From NCBI GenBank assembly GCA_965116875.1, contig OZ220733.1, forward strand, positions 3,840,001 to 3,904,000: 64,000 nt of DNA, read 5' to 3'. The translations under genes and the position numbers were made by a program. Below the pieces are notes generated by a model that saw only the letters and a list, made by a program, of their open reading frames with translations, ran no database searches and was not told the DNA's origin. Numbering within the stretch: the stretch's first letter is position 1; each line of letters opens with the position of its first letter. Below are positions 55,100-64,000 of this stretch, piece by piece. This DNA is from Candidatus Latescibacterota bacterium. Lineage in GTDB: Bacteria > Latescibacterota > UBA2968 > GCA-2709665.

Positions 55100-56182
55100 T
55101 CATTCCTTGCGTTGATATTTCGGCTCTCGAGGCGGCCGGTCTCTTTGCAGACGGTACCCGCTGCCGCCTATCGGTAACGCCACCCTCGCCCCGCCGCGCA
55201 CGTGCGACTCGACGAACGCGAAGATGAGTTCGGTATTGGCGCGCGCCGTTCTGACGCCCCCGCGCGGCGGATCTCCGGTATCCAGCGACCGGACGAGGTC
55301 TTCGATCAGCCGAACGGTTGAACTGGCCCGCTCGAATGGAGGGAATTCCCCCGGCACAAGCACGGACCGGCCGCGGTGGTCCCGGGCGCCGTGTTCGCGC
55401 AGGCGCCATTCTTTGTCGTTGAGCAGGCCCGTGACCACGCCCGCGTCGCCCACCGCTTCCACTTCCATGCCTCGCCCTGAATTGAGCGCGTACGCGGTGA
55501 CGCCGTTTTCAAACTGCAGGATCCCGTGTCCCACCGGGTCCTCGGTCAGGCGTTCGCCTTCGATCACCCGGTCCCCGTTCGGAAGGTGGGCCTGGACCCA
55601 CGCCACGGGATTGTCGCTGTTGAGCCTCATCAGCAGGTCGAAACTGTGGCTGGCGCCATTGAACAGCGGGCCCGTCTGATGCACGATCAGCGATCTCAAT
55701 CGACCGACGCGTCCGGAGTCGATCACGTCTTTCATCGCATCGAATCCCGGATGCCAGCGCCGGTTCGTGCCCATATTGAACACCGCGCCCGCCCGCTCGA
55801 CCGCTTCCACCATCGTATCGGCTTCGTCGAGCGACGCGGCCATGGCCTTTTCGCCATAGATCGCGCCTGCCCCCCGTTCGGCGGCAAAGACGACGATTTC
55901 CGCGCGATGTTCGGGCTGGGTGGCTACGCTGACGATATCCGGTTTCTCGCGTTCAATCATCTCTCTGTAGTCAAGGTACTGCTTATGTTCAGGGACCCCG
56001 TACCGGATACCGACCTGTCTCATCGCTTCCGCCCGCAAATCCGAACAGGCGATCAATTCCGTTCGCTCGCACGCCTCGTATCCCGCGGCATGCGAATAGG
56101 CGCCATATGAAGGCGGTACTTCGTTGTCGATGAAGGCGCCCATTCTGCTGCATCCGACCAGCGCGGCCTTATAGATTTTCAT
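55100..56182 (-). CDS. Gfo/Idh/MocA-family oxidoreductase
   Basis: VGCSRMG, DIVSVAT, YGEKAMA, NRRW, SHSFD. Start trimmed to ATG 56182. Confidence 0.9.
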   Translation of the reverse strand: MKIYKAALVGCSRMGAFIDNEVPPSYGAYSHAAGYEACERTELIACSDLRAEAMRQVGIRYGVPEHKQYLDYREMIEREKPDIVSVATQPEHRAEIVVFAAERGAGAIYGEKAMAASLDEADTMVEAVERAGAVFNMGTNRRWHPGFDAMKDVIDSGRVGRLRSLIVHQTGPLFNGASHSFDLLMRLNSDNPVAWVQAHLPNGDRVIEGERLTEDPVGHGILQFENGVTAYALNSGRGMEVEAVGDAGVVTGLLNDKEWRLREHGARDHRGRSVLVPGEFPPFERASSTVRLIEDLVRSLDTGDPPRGGVRTARANTELIFAFVESHVRGGARVALPIGGSGYRLQRDRPPREPKYQRKE

Positions 56183-56223
56183 CGAATCCTCTATCTTTCT
56201 GTAATCGGTCTCTCCGAGCCCTG

Positions 56224-56283
56224 ACAGCCCGATGGAAAAGTCCATCCGGCCTCGCTTGCAGAGCGACTTTATCAACGGACTGC
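56224..56283. mobile_element. MITE-like repeat family A, internally deleted (60 bp)
   Basis: ACAGCCCGATGGAAAAGTCCATCCGG joined directly to CCTCGCTTGCAGAGCGACTTTATCAACGGACTGC. Confidence 0.8.
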
Positions 56284-56450
56284 CAGGCGACGATTCCGGG
56301 CGCACACGATTCATGGCTGTGGCGCTCCGGACGTTCTTTTGCGCGTCATCGGGCGCGGGATCGCTAATATTCGTCTATCGATCGGGGATGTCAAGGGCAA
56401 ACGACTGAAACCGGGGTGGTCCGATTGGGCGTTGCGATCCCACATTCCGC

Positions 56451-56479
56451 TTGACTTCGCCCATGGTTTCGTATAGATT
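56451..56479 (+). promoter_or_regulatory. Sigma70 promoter of tRNA-Val
   Basis: TTGACT-N17-TAGATT. Confidence 0.7.
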
Positions 56480-56511
56480 TGCGAATTCGGAATTGAGGGT
56501 TGAAAGCGGAT

Positions 56512-56588
56512 GGGCGATTAGCTCAGGTGGTTAGAGTGCTTGCTTGACATGCAAGAGGTCACTGGTTCGAGTCCAGTATCGCCCACCA
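56512..56588 (+). tRNA. tRNA-Val (GAC)
   Basis: GGGCGAT/ATCGCCC acceptor stem, anticodon arm CTTGC-TTGACAT-GCAAG, GGTTCGAGTCC, encoded CCA; 77 nt. Confidence 0.98.
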
Positions 56589-56609
56589 TTTTAAATTGCT
56601 GATATTAAT

Positions 56610-56642
56610 GGGCCTGTGATGAAACCATCACAGGCCCCTTTT
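56610..56642 (+). terminator. Intrinsic terminator after tRNA-Val
   Basis: GGGCCTGTGATG-AAAC-CATCACAGGCCC followed by TTTT. Confidence 0.8.
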
Positions 56643-56832
56643 GTATGTTCGTCGGTGACGACGCTACATCCGGGTCCGGGTGAATTCGTTGTTGTTCTTG
56701 CATCAGGCGTCACATTTCAGTACCATACCGCCGGTCGGGGCGGCGTCCGGATCCGTCGGCGCCGTCCGCGAGGATCCGTTTCCAGCAACCTCCTAAGGAA
56801 CAGGCCCCGTGCGGGAAACAAGTGAGCAGGGT

Positions 56833-57969
56833 ATGCGATATACCGAAGACCTCACGGCGTCGCCGCTGGGTTACGGGAGCGCGGTTTTCGACAGAGTGAA
56901 GTTCGTCCAGGCGATCGACGACATCTACGGCCAGACGGACGTGGACTCGTTGAGGAAAAAAACGTTGCGCGTCCGAAAGGTTGTTGAATCACCGGAACGC
57001 GGTTCCGGCGGCGCCTCGAAGATGGGCCCGGGCGCCGATACGGTGTCCCTTCGCAGGGACGTGCTTTTATCGGAATTGAATCAGATCCTGGAAGCGCAAA
57101 CGTTCGAACGCGCCAGGTATTACGTCAGGCGGTTGCGTAAGGGCGTACAGAAGGTCAGGAAGACGGAGATCAACGACATCAATCTCCTCAGGTGGAAAGA
57201 GTACGAGAACGTCGTCACGGACAGTCTCTGGATCATCGATCGACGGGACACTTCGGGAGGACATCTCGGGTGGTACTGGGGCAATTTCGTTCCGCAGATT
57301 CCACAGCAGTTGATGCTTCGCTACACGCGGCGGCAGGACTGGGTTGTCGATGCATTCGCGGGCAGCGGAACGACGCTGATCGAATGCAGACGGCTCGGGC
57401 GCAACGGAATCGGTCTGGAACTGAATAGGGAAATCGCCGTGGAGGCGGAGAAGCTCGTGGAGTCATCGCCCAATCAGGAGGATGTGACGACTGGAATCGA
57501 AGTTGGCGACAGCAGGGACCTGGACGTCGGCGGCATCCTGAAGAGGCACCGGGTGGAGAAGGCGCAGCTCCTGATCATGCATCCTCCGTACCACGATATC
57601 ATCCGATTCTCGGAAGACGGTGACGATCTCTCGAATGCGGGGAGTACGGAGGAGTTTCTCCGCATGTTCGGCCAGACCGTGGACAACCTGACACCGTATC
57701 TGGAAACCGATCGATACCTCGCGCTGGTCGTCGGCGACAAATATTCAAGGGGAGAGTGGATCCCGCTGGGTTTCTATTGTATGAACGAAGTACTCAGCAG
57801 ACCATTCGCGCTGAAGAGCATTGTCGTCAAGAATTTCGAGGAGACCCGGTCCAAGCGCAACCAGGCGGAACTCTGGCGATACCGTGCTCTCGCGGGCGGA
57901 TTTTATGTCTTTAAACATGAATACATCTTTCTGTTCAGGAAAACGGGGGACGCGTCAAACGCCGCCTGA
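56833..57969 (+). CDS. Orphan amino (N4/N6) DNA methyltransferase-like protein
   Basis: GNFVPQIP, motif I DAFAGSGTT, motif IV-like HPPY, C-terminal HEYIFLF. Start ATG 56833 or GTG 56809. Confidence 0.82.
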   Translation: MRYTEDLTASPLGYGSAVFDRVKFVQAIDDIYGQTDVDSLRKKTLRVRKVVESPERGSGGASKMGPGADTVSLRRDVLLSELNQILEAQTFERARYYVRRLRKGVQKVRKTEINDINLLRWKEYENVVTDSLWIIDRRDTSGGHLGWYWGNFVPQIPQQLMLRYTRRQDWVVDAFAGSGTTLIECRRLGRNGIGLELNREIAVEAEKLVESSPNQEDVTTGIEVGDSRDLDVGGILKRHRVEKAQLLIMHPPYHDIIRFSEDGDDLSNAGSTEEFLRMFGQTVDNLTPYLETDRYLALVVGDKYSRGEWIPLGFYCMNEVLSRPFALKSIVVKNFEETRSKRNQAELWRYRALAGGFYVFKHEYIFLFRKTGDASNAA

Positions 57970-58084
57970 TCCCTTCATCGGTACCGCGAGGTTCCGGTTC
58001 CGGTCGGTTCGGGAAGGCGGCTTCTGTCGAGCCTGTACGATGAACCGGCCGCAACCCGACTGACCCTGCGAAGGAGCGCCTGCA

Positions 58085-58900
58085 ATGAAAACCACGAACG
58101 GACGACCGGCGGATAGCGAAATCGTCGAATCCGCGTCGATTGAACCCATGACGGAATACGAAAAATTCCTCTTCGACCTCAAGGGCTTTCTCGTCATACC
58201 CGGTGTGCTCACGGGGGATGAAGTGCGAAGCGTCCGCGAGCACCTCGACGTCTACATGAAAGAACCGGAAAGCCTGGAGGATCACCTGAGGGCGCCCATT
58301 GCGGGGCCCGCGGAATTCCTGATCGATCATCCCAGAGTCATGGGGATACTGCAGGAGGTCATTCATCCCGAGCGCGATCGCATCCGGCTGGAAAGCGTCT
58401 TTGTTTCGGCCCGATCGGCCGAGACGACCGCGAATCAGTGGCGGCCCCACGTGGGTGGGACGAATCTCGATCCCTCCCATTCCTACCGTTTTCACAACGG
58501 GCGGATTTATAGCGGGATGACGCGCATCGTATGGGAACTGAACGAAGTCCGGAAAGGCCAGGGCGGTACGTGCCTGGTGCCCGGTTCTCACAAAGCCAAT
58601 CTGGTTTCCGCCCAGGATGGGACCTGGCCGGAAAGGGCAGACGACCCCGGATCGGGTCTCTGGGAGACCTACGGGTGTCCGCCGGGCAGTCTTGTCGTAT
58701 TCTCCGAGGGGGTGCGGCACACCGGTTCGGCCTGGACGAACCCGGACAATCCCCGCCGGGCCATTCTGATCGCTTACAACTACGTGACGGTCCGGTTCCA
58801 CGAACCCAAACCCTGTATGAATCCCTCCGTAATTGGTGGTATGGCGGAAGCGCGTCAGAGGTTTTTCAGGGACGTCTGGATCCTGCCCAACAGGAGATGA
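58085..58900 (+). CDS. PhyH-family Fe/2OG oxygenase with HxG motif
   Basis: FLFDLKGFLVIPGVL, PHVGG, GGTCLVPGSHK, VRHTG....RR. Confidence 0.85.
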   Translation: MKTTNGRPADSEIVESASIEPMTEYEKFLFDLKGFLVIPGVLTGDEVRSVREHLDVYMKEPESLEDHLRAPIAGPAEFLIDHPRVMGILQEVIHPERDRIRLESVFVSARSAETTANQWRPHVGGTNLDPSHSYRFHNGRIYSGMTRIVWELNEVRKGQGGTCLVPGSHKANLVSAQDGTWPERADDPGSGLWETYGCPPGSLVVFSEGVRHTGSAWTNPDNPRRAILIAYNYVTVRFHEPKPCMNPSVIGGMAEARQRFFRDVWILPNRR

Positions 58901-59000
58901 CCGGCAGGTCATCCAGGACACGAAACCCAAAAAGCCCGGCCAGACCATCGGCTTCGGGCTTTTTCGGTCTCTGAAGCTTCAATTCGGATTTCGGCTCCGG

Positions 59001-59873
59001 TCAGCCCTTCCATCGCCCCGGATCGATTGCGGTTGCGTCGGTTTGCATCCCCCTGGGTTTGTGGGGCTGGTTCCAGTCCAGTCCGGTTGTGTTGGGGCTT
59101 TGCAGAAAACGCCTGGTTGCCGCCGGCGCCCCGGACACGAGTTCCGGGTCCCACTCCGGCATGGGTTGTATAGGACCCGCCCACGCCGGCCGGTACCCCA
59201 GCTGAACCAGCGTGCGTTGGGAACGCGACCTGTTCGGATGGGTGCCGTGGAACAGATTGATGGGGATAACCAGCGCCGTACCCGCCTTTACGCAGAGTGT
59301 GACCTCGCCCGGGTGGTACTTGTAGCGCACGTAGGGGTTGGCTTCGGCGTGAAACGAGAGGTGGGATCGCGGTACAAGGCGGAATGGCGCCCGTTCCGGC
59401 GTCAGATCGTCAAGGTAGTACAGAACGCGCAACAGGCGCGGACAACTGCCTTCGTAGCCGAAGATGGAAGATCCGAACGGCTGGCCGTCGGTGTGCAGCG
59501 ATATGGGCGGCGAACCCGAGAGCGTCCTTGTGAAGAGTCCCCGGGTGAACACGATGTCGTCGCCGAGCAGCGTTTCCAGGAACGCGATCATGGGTGGATG
59601 CGCGATCAGTTCGGCCAGGGCCCGGCTGCGCCACTGCGGCTCCAGGCAAAAGGTCTGCGCGTCGCTGTAATCCTTCGTCTGCATCGGCGCATCGGCCATT
59701 TCGCGTTTGATCCGGTCCATGTGTTCCGCATCGAGGATGTCGGGAAGAACGACGTACCCCTCCACCTCGAGGCGGCGGATTCGTTCTCCCGTCGAAAGGC
59801 TGCCGTAGTCGGTTTCGTCCAGGTTCATGAAACCGATTTCTTCATTGGGGTCGATTCGTACGTCGGCTTGCAT
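59001..59873 (-). CDS. PhyH-family Fe/2OG oxygenase
   Basis: EGYVVLPDIL, LHTDG, YYLDDL, VPRSH, FHGTHPNRS..R. Confidence 0.88.
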   Translation of the reverse strand: MQADVRIDPNEEIGFMNLDETDYGSLSTGERIRRLEVEGYVVLPDILDAEHMDRIKREMADAPMQTKDYSDAQTFCLEPQWRSRALAELIAHPPMIAFLETLLGDDIVFTRGLFTRTLSGSPPISLHTDGQPFGSSIFGYEGSCPRLLRVLYYLDDLTPERAPFRLVPRSHLSFHAEANPYVRYKYHPGEVTLCVKAGTALVIPINLFHGTHPNRSRSQRTLVQLGYRPAWAGPIQPMPEWDPELVSGAPAATRRFLQSPNTTGLDWNQPHKPRGMQTDATAIDPGRWKG

Positions 59874-60060
59874 GGTGGTTCTCCTTTTTCCGGCCGCCGC
59901 CGTGGCCGCGGAAACCCTTACGGAAGTCTCCTTTTCCGGATCAGGATCCTTTCAGGGAAGACGTCCGGGAGAAGCCTTCCGGTTTCGGTATCACGAATCT
60001 GGCGAACGTTCTCTTTCCGCGTTCGTCGTTCAAAGATAACCATAGCGATTGGATTGGGCA

Positions 60061-62727
60061 ATGGATGGATTGGGCGTGTTTGTCGGCATTCTGGCCCTTT
60101 TCTGGCTCCGGCCCGGCAGGTGTGCGGCATCGGGGACGCCTCCTCCGGTCTTCGACGCGTCGTCCCCGGACGAATCAACGGAGAACCTGCAACGGGCCGT
60201 CGCTCCCCTGATGGCGATGTCGGAGGACGACCTGGTTGCCCTGGTGCCGGATCGTACGGGTTTCCGGTACGTGGCCTGCGCCGGTTGCAGAAAGGGCGTT
60301 CGAGAACGGCAACTCGACTGGTCGATCGAGGACCCGTTTCGAGTGCGGTGCCGCCATTGCGCAGCGATTTATCCCGGGGGCAGGTTTGCGGAGAACAGGA
60401 TTCTGCGCCTGATGAATCCACTGGGAAACGAAGTCGTCTACCCGTTTTACGAGGACGGGTCCGGCAGGAGATATTTCTTTCGCGCGAGGGCCTGGTGGTG
60501 CGCAAGGTTCTATCTTGCGGACCGTGCGCGGGATCTCGGTCAGCTGTACCAGGTGACCGGCCGGAAACCATACGCCCGGCGGTCGGCGGTGATACTGGAT
60601 ACATTTGCGCGGGTTTATCCGGGGTTTCTCGTCTGGACGGACGTTGCGAATGCAGCAAAGCGGGTGTGTATGAACCCGCCCTTTCCACGCCGCGGGGGGA
60701 AGTGGGGAGAGTGGCGCTACGCCGAGATTCCCACGCAGATGATCTACGCGTACGATTCGATTCGGAATAGCGGTGAACTGGATCGACTCTCGAAAGAACG
60801 AGGCGAGGATGTCTGCCGCCGCATCGAGGACCGGTTTTTCCGGGGAGGAATCCGGCAGGACGCCCACCATGGACTCCTGTTCACCAATGCCAGCCCGGAG
60901 ACCTACGAAGGATACGCGGTTGCAGGCCGCGTCATGGAAGACCCCGCTCTGGTTCACCGCGCGGTTCGGTGCGCACACGGCCTCTTCCGGCGATTCTCGG
61001 CGGACGGATTCTGGTGCCAGGGCAGCCCGGCGTATCATCGGTATACACTGTCAGGCCTCCTGCGCGTCATGGAAGCCCTGGACGGATATTCCGATCCGCC
61101 GGGCTATCTGGATCCGGACGAAGGCAGACGCTTCGACGGTCTGGATCCGGTTCGCGAATTTCCCGACGCGGAACGATGCATGGCGGTTCTCGACCGCTTC
61201 AGGTACCCGGACGGGAGGTTGATACCCGTGCATGATTCCTGGGCGAAGTTTGAGGACCTGAAGCCCCCGGACCGATCGCGCCCGGACCTGTACGCCGGTA
61301 TGGGGCATGCGTGGCTCGGGCTGGGCGAGAAGAACCGCCAGACGCAAATACACCTTCACTTTTCAGAGGGGGGCCACGGACACGACCATGCGGATATGCT
61401 GAACGTGATGCTGTACGCGTTTGGAGAGGAGTTGCTGTCCGACCTGGGTTATACCCATACCCGGTACAGACCGTGGACCGTAAGCACGCTGGCGCACAAT
61501 ACCGTGGTCGTCGACGGGCAGGAACAATACACGAGAGGAAACAGAGGGCCGTCTCGAGGCGGACTCATGGCGTATGAGACGACGAACGATACGGTTCAGT
61601 GGATGGAAGCAAGCGGCGAGCGCGCGTACCCCGGGCTGGCGCGGGAATACCGGAGAATGGTCATGCTTGCCGACGCAGGCGACGGGAATGCGTATTCTCT
61701 GGATATATTCCGTGTGCGGGGAGGGACGCGGCACGACTGGACGCTGCACGGGAGCGCGGACCGGGACGGATGGATCAGCCTTGACGTGCCGCTGGAACCC
61801 GCCGGACGCCACCTGCTGGACGGTGTCGCGGTACGGCTGCCCGAATTTGAAGGGGACCCGGGGGACGCCGAAGGCAGCAACATAGCCTACGGATTCGTAC
61901 AGAATGTATCCCGCGGACGGGTTGACGCCGGTTTGATGCTGCGGCTCGGCCTTGCCGGTCGGCGAACCGGATTGCGGTGTCATCTCCCGGGTCTTTCAGA
62001 TGCCGACGTGCTCCTGGGCGACGCGCCATCGGTACGGCGAACGGACGAGAATGAAGACGAACTGGACCGGTTCAGGATGCCCGTTTTTCTGGCCCGGCGC
62101 CAGGGTCGGACGCCTCATTCAAGCGTGTTCGCCGCGGTTCACGAGCCCTTCGACGGACGTCCGTTCATTGAGTCGGTCCGGCAGGAGTACGCGGATGGTC
62201 GGACAATCGCAGTTGAGGTCAGACATGGAGGGTACACGGACCATATCGTACATCGTTCGACATGGAACCATGAACCGCTGGAGGTGGGGAACCTCAGCCT
62301 GAAAGGCGAGTTCGGTTTCGTTCGTGAGCGGGACGGCGCCCTCGTGTTCGCCGGGCTCTGGGGCGGGGACGAGTTGAGATGGAAAGACACGGTGGTTGCG
62401 GGCGGAGGCACCCGTGACCTGACGGTGGCGGGTGTACTCAGAAAGGCCGACGGAGATCCGCTTGACGGCCTGGTTGTGATCGGGGATATCGTCGACACCA
62501 CGGGCGTTGAGGAAACAACGGCAATCGTAAGATTCGGCGATGGTTCGACGATGGGATGTGCGGTTGAACGCGTCATCCACGATGCACGCGGACTCACGCT
62601 GGCGACAGCGCAGGACCCGGGATTCTCAATTGAGAATGGAGGAATGCGCCACCTTTACTTTCCGCTGCGTTCGATTCCGGGGCCGGTAAGCTGCCGCATC
62701 CGCAGTTCGGCGTTCGTGTCTGTATAG
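60061..62727 (+). CDS. Heparinase II/III-family polysaccharide lyase-like protein
   Basis: Signal-like N-terminus; DGFWCQGSPAYH; GHDHADMLN...GEELLSDLGY...STLAHNTVVVDG. Start ATG 60061 or TTG 60049. Confidence 0.88.
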   Translation: MDGLGVFVGILALFWLRPGRCAASGTPPPVFDASSPDESTENLQRAVAPLMAMSEDDLVALVPDRTGFRYVACAGCRKGVRERQLDWSIEDPFRVRCRHCAAIYPGGRFAENRILRLMNPLGNEVVYPFYEDGSGRRYFFRARAWWCARFYLADRARDLGQLYQVTGRKPYARRSAVILDTFARVYPGFLVWTDVANAAKRVCMNPPFPRRGGKWGEWRYAEIPTQMIYAYDSIRNSGELDRLSKERGEDVCRRIEDRFFRGGIRQDAHHGLLFTNASPETYEGYAVAGRVMEDPALVHRAVRCAHGLFRRFSADGFWCQGSPAYHRYTLSGLLRVMEALDGYSDPPGYLDPDEGRRFDGLDPVREFPDAERCMAVLDRFRYPDGRLIPVHDSWAKFEDLKPPDRSRPDLYAGMGHAWLGLGEKNRQTQIHLHFSEGGHGHDHADMLNVMLYAFGEELLSDLGYTHTRYRPWTVSTLAHNTVVVDGQEQYTRGNRGPSRGGLMAYETTNDTVQWMEASGERAYPGLAREYRRMVMLADAGDGNAYSLDIFRVRGGTRHDWTLHGSADRDGWISLDVPLEPAGRHLLDGVAVRLPEFEGDPGDAEGSNIAYGFVQNVSRGRVDAGLMLRLGLAGRRTGLRCHLPGLSDADVLLGDAPSVRRTDENEDELDRFRMPVFLARRQGRTPHSSVFAAVHEPFDGRPFIESVRQEYADGRTIAVEVRHGGYTDHIVHRSTWNHEPLEVGNLSLKGEFGFVRERDGALVFAGLWGGDELRWKDTVVAGGGTRDLTVAGVLRKADGDPLDGLVVIGDIVDTTGVEETTAIVRFGDGSTMGCAVERVIHDARGLTLATAQDPGFSIENGGMRHLYFPLRSIPGPVSCRIRSSAFVSV

Positions 62728-62743
62728 ATGCGTATTTGAAGGA

Positions 62744-63907
62744 TCAGTCAACGTCAGCGCTCGACGCGGCGCGGTATACATCGAGAATGGGGACCCCCTG
62801 CTCGTTGGCGATTCTGGCGCAGTCTTCGAATTCGGGCGCAAGGCGCGTCCTTCCGCCGTAGCTGGCAACCTTTACGGTCACGGGTCCGAAAGCGGTTTCA
62901 ACGACTTCCGTTCGCCTGGAAACGGTCTGACGTTCAACGCGGCGGATCCGCACGCCAAGCGTCGTGGTTTCACGGAGAATCAGGTCCGTGGCTGACTGCG
63001 TACGTTCCGGATCGGCGAGCACGCTGAGGACCACCCCGGGTCGTCCCTTCTTCATAATGACCGGCGTGAGATACGCGTCTCTGGCGCCTTCACCGAGCAG
63101 GCGATCGATCAGGTAGCCGTAGATTTCAGGCGTCATGTCGTCGATATTGGTTTCTATAAGGTTGAGCGCGTCTGTCTGCGGGGACGACTCGGTGTCACCG
63201 ATTTCCAGGCGGAGCATGTTCGGTACCTGATCCAGATCCCGGGCGCCCGCTCCGTAACCGATCCGGCGCGTCCGAAACGGTGGCGTGCCCGCGCCGATCT
63301 GCCGTGCCAGCGTGGTCAGAACCGCGGCGCCCGTAGGGGTGACCAGCTCAAACGGTATGTCGGTTCGTTCTCCAGGAACGTCCCTGCAGAGCGCGACAAC
63401 CGCGGGAACCGGAACAGGCAGTACGCCGTGGGCGCTTCGCGTCGTTCCCCTGCCGAATCGAAGCGGCGAGGCGAAGACGCGTTCCACGCCAAGCCGCTCC
63501 AGTCCGATGACGGCGCCGGCGATATCCGCAATGGCGTCAGCCGCGCCGACTTCGTGAAAATGGACGCGTTCGACCGAAATGTCGTGTACTTCGGCTTCCG
63601 CCTCGGCGAGGCGGCGGAAGATTGCGCCGGCCTTCCGTTTGGCTCTGCTCGAGATATTCGCAGCGTCGATGATGCCCAGCACGTCCTTCAATCGTCGGTG
63701 ACACTGTCCTTCCGCGGCGACGACGTCGACTTTTGTCGCCGCAATGCCGTGCCGCTGAACCTTCCCGGCCCTGAGACGGATTCCCTCCAGATGGAGTTTG
63801 TCGAGTTCTCTCTGCAACTCCTCGATGCGCAGCCCCGCGTCCACAAGCGCGCCAAGGATCATGTCGCCGCTCACTCCGGCAGTACAGTCGAAGTACGCCA
63901 GTCTCAC
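62744..63907 (-). CDS. larC: Nickel-pincer cofactor nickel insertase LarC
   Basis: YFDCTAGVSGDM, VHFHEVGAADAIADI, PVPVPA, ELVTPTGAA, ETNIDD, MKKGRPG, ETTTLGVR, PEFED. Confidence 0.95.
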   Translation of the reverse strand: MRLAYFDCTAGVSGDMILGALVDAGLRIEELQRELDKLHLEGIRLRAGKVQRHGIAATKVDVVAAEGQCHRRLKDVLGIIDAANISSRAKRKAGAIFRRLAEAEAEVHDISVERVHFHEVGAADAIADIAGAVIGLERLGVERVFASPLRFGRGTTRSAHGVLPVPVPAVVALCRDVPGERTDIPFELVTPTGAAVLTTLARQIGAGTPPFRTRRIGYGAGARDLDQVPNMLRLEIGDTESSPQTDALNLIETNIDDMTPEIYGYLIDRLLGEGARDAYLTPVIMKKGRPGVVLSVLADPERTQSATDLILRETTTLGVRIRRVERQTVSRRTEVVETAFGPVTVKVASYGGRTRLAPEFEDCARIANEQGVPILDVYRAASSADVD

Positions 63908-63942
63908 GGGTTCACCTCAATCCTCTATCCTGCCGCGGGATG

Positions 63943-64000
63943 TCAGGGTGGGGCCTGCAGGTTGGTCGCGAGCAACGTCGCCGGGTCGTCGAACAGCGCC
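63943..64000 (-). CDS. 3' end of an upstream gene (possibly CbiO/NikO-type ECF ATPase)
   Basis: Reads ...ALFDDPATLLATNLQAPP* into a TGA 35 nt before larC. Resembles ECF ATPase C-termini, but only 18 residues are visible. Confidence 0.35.
   Translation of the reverse strand, partial: ALFDDPATLLATNLQAPP

Overview
GC-rich bacterial chromosomal window with no prophage, intact transposase or CRISPR array. 1-12 kb is a minus-strand housekeeping block: partial mqnE, recN, nadK, xseBA, ymdB-like phosphoesterase, rny, zapA, zapB-like, rplT, rpmI, infC with an ATC start, thrS, then queE. The rest is a catabolic/accessory mosaic: five PhyH-family dioxygenases, three Gfo/Idh/MocA oxidoreductases, three amidohydrolases, two enolase-superfamily enzymes, a heparinase II/III-like protein and a PQQ dehydrogenase. 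It also holds tRNA-Phe(GAA), tRNA-Val(GAC), an orphan DNA methyltransferase and larC. This content, plus a DFDGNGEVGFxDFLLFA EF-hand/dockerin-like repeat, suggests an FCB-related lineage such as Latescibacterota/Gemmatimonadota-like (inference). Most interesting: (1) a microcompartment locus where a four-domain BMC shell protein sits beside a two-domain one, together giving six different domains that could form one asymmetric pseudo-hexamer, coupled to a DapA-like aldolase with a BMC-type N-terminal extension; (2) directly upstream, an uncharacterised envelope machine (DUF6785-like, degenerate-M28/FtsX fusion, OPT-like protein with an apparently circularly permuted FnIII-like insert, MacB/LolD-type ATPase); (3) a secreted PHM/DBH-like copper monooxygenase with a heme-c-like motif; (4) a sigma70 paralogue whose promoter spacer is covered by a perfect palindrome matching two LexA box types; (5) a DapF with both catalytic Cys replaced by Ser; (6) two 162-bp MITE-like families sharing an internal motif. 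All family assignments come from motif recognition by eye, not database searches.
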